A stretch of 63,472 nucleotides of DNA, counting the filler, from Craspedostauros australis (lineage: Eukaryota): assembly GCA_030167865.1 (NCBI GenBank). It is 8 parts of 8 records of this genome, joined end to end, with 100 filler letters (N's around TTAATTAATTAA, not from the genome) between each part and the next. Parts side by side here need not be neighbours in the genome. Positions count along the whole stretch, not along the records: positions 54,249 to 58,450 come from JALAGF010003382.1; positions 58,551 to 63,472 come from JALAGF010003386.1; 6 more parts are not named here. The stretch is one strand, 5' to 3'. Both the position numbers and the translations under genes were made by a program. The notes below the pieces were generated by a model that did no database searches, was not told the DNA's origin, and saw only the letters and a program-made list of their open reading frames with translations. Each line of letters opens with the position of its first letter. The first letter of the stretch is position 1. Below are positions 57,201 through 63,472 of this stretch, one piece after another.

Positions 57201-57986
57201 CAATGATGCCAAGTTCAGCACCAAGAAGGTTGGAGTCAGAGCCACCCATCACATCAAATGGTTTGATGATTGTGTGGAGGTGTATGCATCTTCAAATCTT
57301 TCTGACCCTGAGATCATCGGCCTGGACTATTTGGCTCAATTCGTTGCACAAGAACTGATGGTCTATTGCAAGGTTGGTGAGAAGTCAGATAAGCCTGCTC
57401 TCACAACCAAGTCACCAACAAAGCGGCGCAAGGCAAAGAACTTGGCCATTGTTGCCAAGGAACAATCAGATGGAGAGATACACAACAAGCCTAATGTGTA
57501 CCGGGCAGCTGTCAACATGAGCGGTGTGGAGAGTCATGTTTCGAGGAAGCGCCCAGAAAATGCTACCAGAACAGCCTCGATGCCACCAAAGATGCACGCT
57601 GGATGGGCAGTCACGAAATCTAGAAAGAAAGTGGGTTTGGCGTCGAGCGTGAAAACATTTCTTGATGACAGATACAACCTGAATGACCCATCCACTCGAA
57701 AGCAGGCAACAGGGGCTGAGGGGCAGGAAGCAGTGGTGCAAGAATTGGTGGAACATGATTGGTTGCTGCGCTTCCAGACAACAGACGAGAGGGTGCAGGC
57801 ATATTTCAACAGAACAAGACCAAAGGAAAAAAACAAAAAAATGGCGCCAACCACCGAATCCAAACTCCCACCAGGAACCGCATCAAAAATCATTCCAACA
57901 GCCGATGCGATACCACCGCAAAAATCAACGGCGAAATTATGGGCAACAGGCGCACCAAAACCATCACCACCGTCACCATCACCACG
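54249..57986 (+). mobile_element. Sola3-like DNA transposon, copy 3, interrupted at 57986
   Basis: Offset 4,093 from copy 2. Apparently identical up to 57832, then 7 substitutions in 57833-57986, then unrelated sequence. Confidence 0.75.
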
Positions 57987-57999
57987 GGAAGCGCGGTAA
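54835..57999 (+). CDS. Sola3-like transposase, C-terminally shortened variant (1,054 aa)
   Basis: Same protein as 50742-54092 but ends SPSPREAR*, losing the basic tail. Confidence 0.7.
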   Translation: MLVHPSCCCFPLLLSGAVAVLVGLPPHNISSSCIRTCTYPPTDQPINHLTNLQLIIMSSSVATSPTRSKGKPSHSPPASSTSPASRSPRPGTGAGALPSKRSPRSCRVRAPITYNCGDSDSDGEGANAATDIHACDDNHLYVEECKSFNKCPRCDYKAGSSLSNRSTLTAVLNMLGIKRDGLYGMPDDGHPHTFESFKENGSSPARRIGDFKTMCISILTSVSSLAFTKMKATDPSPFDGSLDHVVEGEDCPSFEMPKYLYTLCLSGAKEVRKMARAVLAKTYTYEKATAILEKHFENDMSEEEKKAVEEPSKTMSKREGTRARHEYEVMATGGLVTKDPYPYRVKVTALAGVASFFAQTLTYRPGQIRSATVEGVTLSNLPIFVRGGKTVMDLFKTYKASCPNPVGEPAFKRMAELLTRPGECITGQSSYLHNFREGTKFFKSMMERIVAMQKGDKAMEECKDEAENLMLEWDWLAKFLEGEYSKSHVELDSNDPLHSAKFALRKDEEHDPEGKVCSMCASAISFFPDKLNAFVSSVANGATDLSAAEKKEIESMAAVVNELEEEVLTFMAHKVRARVQDTEVERIRKRINNRDDIVLVLIDHKQKQLPMWSEEAQKHYYAKTGMSMLGAMIVTCKNGIFQFEFMDFIISGHPAQDNVQVAALLTLLLERIHADYPKVKEIILQSDNASCFASQQLIPFIFGWNGHADNKNLPKIREWVYTEAQTGKSQLDTHFSFITRVLNSYIKEGNKITTESGIFEAMNLAKIAGTTAVFVDASELKGLIIINRINDAKFSTKKVGVRATHHIKWFDDCVEVYASSNLSDPEIIGLDYLAQFVAQELMVYCKVGEKSDKPALTTKSPTKRRKAKNLAIVAKEQSDGEIHNKPNVYRAAVNMSGVESHVSRKRPENATRTASMPPKMHAGWAVTKSRKKVGLASSVKTFLDDRYNLNDPSTRKQATGAEGQEAVVQELVEHDWLLRFQTTDERVQAYFNRTRPKEKNKKMAPTTESKLPPGTASKIIPTADAIPPQKSTAKLWATGAPKPSPPSPSPREAR

Positions 58000-58450
58000 A
58001 GACACCACATGTGTCGATTTGTACTTTATTCACGCTTGAAGCGTGTTGTGCCGTGCTTTGTTCGTTCGGATCATCGACTCATGCGACTACTAGAGCACGC
58101 CTTTCCCGTGTCGGCGTGATGTTGCGCTTATTGATGTGCGTTGTCCAACACCATGTGAACGTGCCAATGACGTCCGCTTTGCTCTCCTTCCATCCCCTCG
58201 TGTCTGCTCCAAGACATCCCCATTCCCATACACGCGACGTCACATTGCCTCCTTTCCGCCGTGACAGCCCTTCGGCTCAATCGCCCCTTGCTTTTCAAGA
58301 GGGTCCTTGCTTCGCATTCGTTGTTCGTGCCTTCGTGCCGGAACAACTCTCGAACGCGTGGGGGTGTTTTTTTCGCGCCACAATTCATTGCTGCGCAGCA
58401 CTCCAACAAACATGCATCGTCTCATCATACTCTTGCCCAGTGTACTTCGG

Positions 58451-58550
58451 NNNNNNNNNNNNNNNNNNNNNNNNNNNNNNNNNNNNNNNNNNNNTTAATT
58501 AATTAANNNNNNNNNNNNNNNNNNNNNNNNNNNNNNNNNNNNNNNNNNNN
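58451..58550. other. Artificial contig linker
   Basis: N44-TTAATTAATTAA-N44. Confidence 0.97.
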
Positions 58551-59130
58551 GAGAAAGGAGTTTGTGGTCTGTCCGTTTCGCTTCTCGTCGCCTTTCTTCC
58601 ATCTTCGATGTTGTCTGGCACGTTCCTAAAGCGCCGTAACATAAGTAGTCGTGTCACATGAGACGAACATGGACAGTGATACGGACACAAACTAATCCTG
58701 AAAAGACTCACAAATAGCCTCTTTAGACAGAAATCTACTCTACCAAAATCACCCCGTGAGTGACCCGCCGCCGACAATGACCAAAAGATACCTTTCTTGG
58801 TGGCTCCTTGTTGGCGATCTCTGCGTCCTTCACTTTCCTCCACCCGTTCGCTCTTGGTGCAACATGGTGGCGGAACCTCGTCGTATCTGTATCTCGTATT
58901 TCAGGAGCCCAAGCGGAGGCGGTGGGCTTCAGGTGAAGGAAACGGATCGGCGTGCGACAACGAGTTGACCCATCGTGAACTCACCGATTGAAGTGATTGG
59001 GAGTCTCACAGCATGTTGCTCGTCTCGCGTATGTACCAGAGCGCGCACTTGGATTCTACTCCTGTACGGCTGCTGCGCTTCTTGGAAGTTGCGCATCTAT
59101 GAATATTGTTACGGCTTCGGTGCTGTCGGA

Positions 59131-62100
59131 TCAAGCAGAAGCATCCGTCAACACGGACATGTCGTCATCGCTATTCACGCCATCAGCGTCGTTGCCATCC
59201 TGATTTGCGGGGTGCCCTGGCTCGCCGGACACGTGCGACACTCCACTCTCTTTCTCGGCGGTGCCCCCATACACGGATTCCTGTGCTAGCGTGGAGACAT
59301 GATTGCCAACGCTGGAACTGTTTTGCCATCTGGGCGCTGACCCGTCCAACAGCAGAGTAACAGCTGCATACCCAGCGTTGTTGTTGCTGTTGCTGTTGCT
59401 GCTGTTGGGCATGTCGATATCCACGATCCTCCTGCCGTCCTTCGCGTTCTTCGATTGGATAGTTGCTGCATTCCTGTTTACCAGATACTGCAACCGCCGT
59501 TCTTGGATGTCTTCAGCCTTGATCGTGCAGCCCCATTCCGTGTAAAATTCCACGGCACGTGTCATGAACTTGCAAATCGATTCGTGAAGTGCGGCCTTCA
59601 AAGTCTGAGTGCCAGTGTTGGACGTGTGGCGCGAAAGGCCATCGGCCGCTCGGATCAGGTACTCGGCCGCATTCTCGCAACCGATGGCGCAATAGTGGGT
59701 CAAGGAGGCCCGCTCGGCCACGACGATGGCCACACCGTAGGCCTCTTCCGTGCGACGGATTATGTCGCGATTCGACTTGATATCCTTCAAAGACAGCCGC
59801 TCGGCCTTGAGCAACTGGAAGAGGCTTGTCGCGTTGCATCCCTTGGTGGCCACCAGGTTTCTGGCCGCTGCGACTTGCTTCTTCAGCTCTCTCTTGTACT
59901 TGGCCTTGCCCGTGATGCGGCACAAGGCGGACGATGCAAGGCCTCGTCCAAGGATGACCGTGGTCTCAAAATAGTAGCTCTTGCTGTGGCCCGACAATCC
60001 GCCGTACAGCTTCGTCATTCGCTGTGCAAGTTCGTATCGTCGGAACAGAACTGCTAGCAGTGGAAGGCCGGAGTAGGTGACCACGAGGCGGTGGACTTCC
60101 TTTGGGTCTGCCGCGCTTTCTTCCATGTCGCGCTGCAGGTTGCCGTCGATATCTTCCCACTCAATCGATTCAGCTCCAGTCAATAGCTTGGAGACCGTCA
60201 ACAGTGCGATGAACATGTCATTGTTGAAAGTCACGTTGTACACTTTCGACTGTTCGATCGCGTTTTCGAGCGCCTTCACCAACGGCCCGAGCTTGTATCC
60301 GAAGTAGAACGCCTCGGCGTTGCGGATTTGCAGATTCAGCAACCCTATCTCAAAATCGCCAACCTCCATGGCAAGCGCGTGCCCTCTTTCCAACAGCTTG
60401 ATGCATGTATCAAATGGTTCAGTGTAAGGATAAATCACGCCTCCTGTGATGGCACAAACGCCGCTGATTTGTTCCTGCCCACCGGCCCGAGACAACAGCC
60501 GGTGGCCGAGATTCGCACACCTCAGCACCAACGTGCGTTCTGCGTTGGTAAAGTCAAAGATGATGCCAAGCGTGGCAAAGGACGCGGCTGATTCTTCGCC
60601 GATGCCATGATTCATGGTCATGCGGACCTGCCGCAACATATAAACGAGCCATTGCAACAAATCGCCCGTGAAGTATGACCGGACACCGATCTCCGCCACG
60701 AACTTCATCGCCATCGTTCTCTGATGACTCTGTTGCACTGGTAGATTTAGGATGTCCTCGTTGGTGTTGTTCTTCATGAATGATTTGATTTGGAAGAGGT
60801 CATTCGCAATACGAAGAAGATAGAATCTCTTTGGACGTTCACCCAGTTTGCTTGCAATGGACAGGCTCAGCTTCAATGATTCCGTGGTTTTGTTTTCTCT
60901 TCCCAATGCCTTGGCCATGGCGAGGTTCGTTGGCAGCTTATCATCCAGCGTCCGAGCTCTGCTGATGAGCTCCTTCGCTACCTTGTATCCAAGCTCGGAG
61001 TTCCCCAGCGACAGCTCGACCTCGGATCGGCATCGGAAGAGCTCCAGACAAAGCTTGTAGTGCTCCTCCCAAGGATTGCGGACGCGCTGCAGTTCGCTGG
61101 TCGCTTTTTGCAGATATGTCGCAGCCGATGCCAATGCGCCCATCTGAAGCGCCTTCTTTCCAACCTCGATGTTGAAGGTAACCAGGAAGAGATGATCCTT
61201 GCTCTGTGTGCTGTTGAGGTGGTCGGCAGCAATGAAGAGCAAGCCATCGACGTCCCTGATCATATGGCCCGGATGACGGCTGAGGTCAATCTCAATGTCA
61301 ACGTCAATGGCGATGGCAAGGTCAGCGCCCTGATGCTCGTCGTGAGTAGAATCGTTGGCGACCATTGTCGGAGCTCCTTGGGGCGCATCTTGGTGCTCAA
61401 TCGGTGTCAAGAGTGAGTTTGACTTCTGGTAGATGAGCAGAAGGCAGTGGCCTATTTGCGATCGGAGCTTGTCCCGCATCTCACCGAAAGGGATCAATCC
61501 ATGAGCCGCTTGTTGGACGCGATCATGAGCAAAATGATAGCGATCCTCGCCGATAGAGTTGGTCACAAGGCCTTCTAGGAGAGCTCTCTCGAGGACCAAG
61601 CGCAGTCGATTGCCGGTCCACGGTGTTGGCTCTGTGGAGAGGTCTACCTCCGAAGTCTTCGTGGCTGTGCTATTATTGCTGTCGCCAAACGGCACGTCCA
61701 ACCCACCATGATCGTCAAGATACCGAAGCACGGCTTGAAGCACGTTCAAATCAAATGTTGATCGGATGTATGCCGCAACCGACAGAGCATGCTGTAGATC
61801 ACGCGGCAGATGCTTCAGTTGCAGCTCGATGATGGCGACGATGTTGTCGCCGATTGGAAGCTCGCCGTTGCCATCATGGAGAGATTCGCTTAGATCCCAC
61901 TCCCATCGCTGCGAGATGCGATTGTGGATGATGATGCCCCTCCTCTTGAGTTCCTCGATGGCCTGGAGCGTGAAGTACACGTTGCCGTGTGTTTTGTTGT
62001 GGATCTTGGATGCCAGCTGCTTGAGGCCATCATCATCGCGGGATCGACGAAGAAGATGGGACAACCAGTGGATGCAGTCCAGTAAAGACAGATCGACAAT

Positions 62101-63471
62101 GGTGATCTGCTCAAGGTTTTTACTGCTTCCATTGCTGCGAATTGCTGTGTTTGTGTGAAGCAACCGATCCAGGAATGATCTCTGCAAGGGTGCGTCCGGT
62201 GACATTTCCACTGCTTGGTGGTTATGAGGGTCGGTCTCCTGGCGGACGGCGCCCAGCAACATGAAATTGCGGAGATCGCTGTCCATGAGCAGTGATGCCA
62301 GAAGCTCCAAGCCAGCGGCAGACGACCACTGCAAATCGTCAAGGAAGAGGTAGGCTGGCCGTTGCGGAGTGGAGATGGCCTTCACGAACTGGATGAAGAT
62401 GTAACAGAGCCGGTTCCATGCGCCCTGCGAGTTGCCGCCTGTGGATGCGGTGTTGTTCGGGCTGGTGTTGGTGCCCAACGCATCGGACGTGAAAAGGGCG
62501 TCGGCACTGTCGCTAGCCGTTGATCCATTCTCCGTGATGGCACCAACCGCGGTGCGAGCATCGCGATTGCTGGCTGCAGTACGTTGCACGATTGCTGCGG
62601 GTGCAGAGGAAGAGCCTGTTGCGACACTTGCTGATGATCTGATAGCGTTGGGGAGGAGGATGGATAGTGAAGGCACAACGGCAACCAAAGTACGCAAGGC
62701 GGAATGACTATACTTTGCCATACCGTGATGCGCCTGGCCGATCGAGCAGTCATCAGTGAGGTCATTGTCGTTGGAGCCTGCGACGCCGTCGTCGGAACAG
62801 AACGTAGCTTGCACAGACTGTTGAATCCGTCGCAGCTCTTCGAAAGGTCCATTTCGGAGTTGCGTTGCGAACTCATCCAATGCTTGGATGATAGCGGAGA
62901 AGGGATCCTTGCCAGCTGCGTATTCGTCGTATTTCCCGCGCAGCACATAGCAGCATGAGCATCGTTGAATCGCACGTTGTGATAGTTGTTGCTGGTGATG
63001 ATCCTCTGGTCTTGACGTCGATGCGAGTGCTGCTGTAGGCATCGACTGTTTGGATTGATGCCTGCCTCCGCAGAAGCAGCAGCAATGATCCAGAAAATGG
63101 CTGATCAGCTGTGACTTGCCGGTCCCGCTTGTTCCCCAAACCAACGCGGCTGGGAAGGTGGGTTGACTGTCGGAGGCGTTGCCACTGATATTGCCGCTGG
63201 CGTTGTCGCTATTTCCATTGCCGTTGCCATTGCCGTTGCCATTGCCGTTGCCGTTGCCATTACCGTTGCCATTACTGTTGATGCAATACTGGATACTCTT
63301 GAGGCGCTCTAATTCCTGCTCTCTTCCGAAGAAGATGTCTTGGTTGAGTTGGGCTTGTGGATGGTGTGGCGAATGGGTACGGGAGGCGGGCAGAGGTGAT
63401 GATCCACGTGTGGATGTGTGCGAAGATGTGGATGTGGATCCAGTCTCGACAGTCCCGTTGGATGTGAGCGT
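59131..63471 (-). CDS. STAND-like AAA_16 NTPase/TPR-like protein (5' end beyond window)
   Basis: Frame is open past 63144 to the window end and includes DIFFGREQELERL. Walker A GTSGTGKS, GKYDE...PFSAI, Walker B YLFLDDLQW, THGNVYF, HFAHDRVQQAA; ends DDDMSVLTDASA*. Confidence 0.9.
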   Translation of the reverse strand, partial: TLTSNGTVETGSTSTSSHTSTRGSSPLPASRTHSPHHPQAQLNQDIFFGREQELERLKSIQYCINSNGNGNGNGNGNGNGNGNGNGNSDNASGNISGNASDSQPTFPAALVWGTSGTGKSQLISHFLDHCCCFCGGRHQSKQSMPTAALASTSRPEDHHQQQLSQRAIQRCSCCYVLRGKYDEYAAGKDPFSAIIQALDEFATQLRNGPFEELRRIQQSVQATFCSDDGVAGSNDNDLTDDCSIGQAHHGMAKYSHSALRTLVAVVPSLSILLPNAIRSSASVATGSSSAPAAIVQRTAASNRDARTAVGAITENGSTASDSADALFTSDALGTNTSPNNTASTGGNSQGAWNRLCYIFIQFVKAISTPQRPAYLFLDDLQWSSAAGLELLASLLMDSDLRNFMLLGAVRQETDPHNHQAVEMSPDAPLQRSFLDRLLHTNTAIRSNGSSKNLEQITIVDLSLLDCIHWLSHLLRRSRDDDGLKQLASKIHNKTHGNVYFTLQAIEELKRRGIIIHNRISQRWEWDLSESLHDGNGELPIGDNIVAIIELQLKHLPRDLQHALSVAAYIRSTFDLNVLQAVLRYLDDHGGLDVPFGDSNNSTATKTSEVDLSTEPTPWTGNRLRLVLERALLEGLVTNSIGEDRYHFAHDRVQQAAHGLIPFGEMRDKLRSQIGHCLLLIYQKSNSLLTPIEHQDAPQGAPTMVANDSTHDEHQGADLAIAIDVDIEIDLSRHPGHMIRDVDGLLFIAADHLNSTQSKDHLFLVTFNIEVGKKALQMGALASAATYLQKATSELQRVRNPWEEHYKLCLELFRCRSEVELSLGNSELGYKVAKELISRARTLDDKLPTNLAMAKALGRENKTTESLKLSLSIASKLGERPKRFYLLRIANDLFQIKSFMKNNTNEDILNLPVQQSHQRTMAMKFVAEIGVRSYFTGDLLQWLVYMLRQVRMTMNHGIGEESAASFATLGIIFDFTNAERTLVLRCANLGHRLLSRAGGQEQISGVCAITGGVIYPYTEPFDTCIKLLERGHALAMEVGDFEIGLLNLQIRNAEAFYFGYKLGPLVKALENAIEQSKVYNVTFNNDMFIALLTVSKLLTGAESIEWEDIDGNLQRDMEESAADPKEVHRLVVTYSGLPLLAVLFRRYELAQRMTKLYGGLSGHSKSYYFETTVILGRGLASSALCRITGKAKYKRELKKQVAAARNLVATKGCNATSLFQLLKAERLSLKDIKSNRDIIRRTEEAYGVAIVVAERASLTHYCAIGCENAAEYLIRAADGLSRHTSNTGTQTLKAALHESICKFMTRAVEFYTEWGCTIKAEDIQERRLQYLVNRNAATIQSKNAKDGRRIVDIDMPNSSNSNSNNNAGYAAVTLLLDGSAPRWQNSSSVGNHVSTLAQESVYGGTAEKESGVSHVSGEPGHPANQDGNDADGVNSDDDMSVLTDASA
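63211..63273 (-). repeat. Coding hexamer repeat (AAYGGN)n encoding poly-(Asn-Gly)
   Basis: About 10 NG units between the GRE motif and Walker A. Confidence 0.85.
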
Positions 63472-63472
63472 C

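Noticed and set aside
1..63472. tRNA, rRNA or CRISPR arrays
   Set aside because: None recognised by eye. tRNAscan-SE and Infernal/Rfam would be needed to exclude small RNAs.

Overview
Eukaryotic nuclear DNA, most likely a diatom (inferred from the gene-family content). It is presented as 8 contigs joined by seven artificial 100-nt linkers (N44-TTAATTAATTAA-N44), so adjacency across linkers is not proven. Contents: (i) three distinct large STAND-like P-loop NTPase genes (AAA_16-type NTPase plus helical/TPR-like region), one of them present twice as an apparently identical 3.27-kb direct repeat; (ii) two type II single-pass LRR membrane proteins; (iii) housekeeping-like genes (TAM41, chalcone-isomerase-fold protein, cyclic-nucleotide phosphodiesterase domain, patatin-like lipase, spliced TLC-like membrane protein, hypotheticals); (iv) a ~24-kb transposon island with three copies of a Sola3-like DDD transposase, a decayed Ambal-type non-LTR retrotransposon (ORF1 plus APE-RT-RNaseH-CCHC ORF2) and a Ty3/Gypsy gag fragment. 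The most interesting signals are: NTPases with no visible effector domain co-occurring with kinase-less LRR receptors that share a conserved cytosolic motif (candidate sensing/immune module, inference); an ATGA stop-start overlap between the retroelement ORFs; a CpG-deamination footprint that hit the RT catalytic motifs; and a Sola3-like transposase without visible TIRs. All family assignments come from motif recognition by eye, not database searches.
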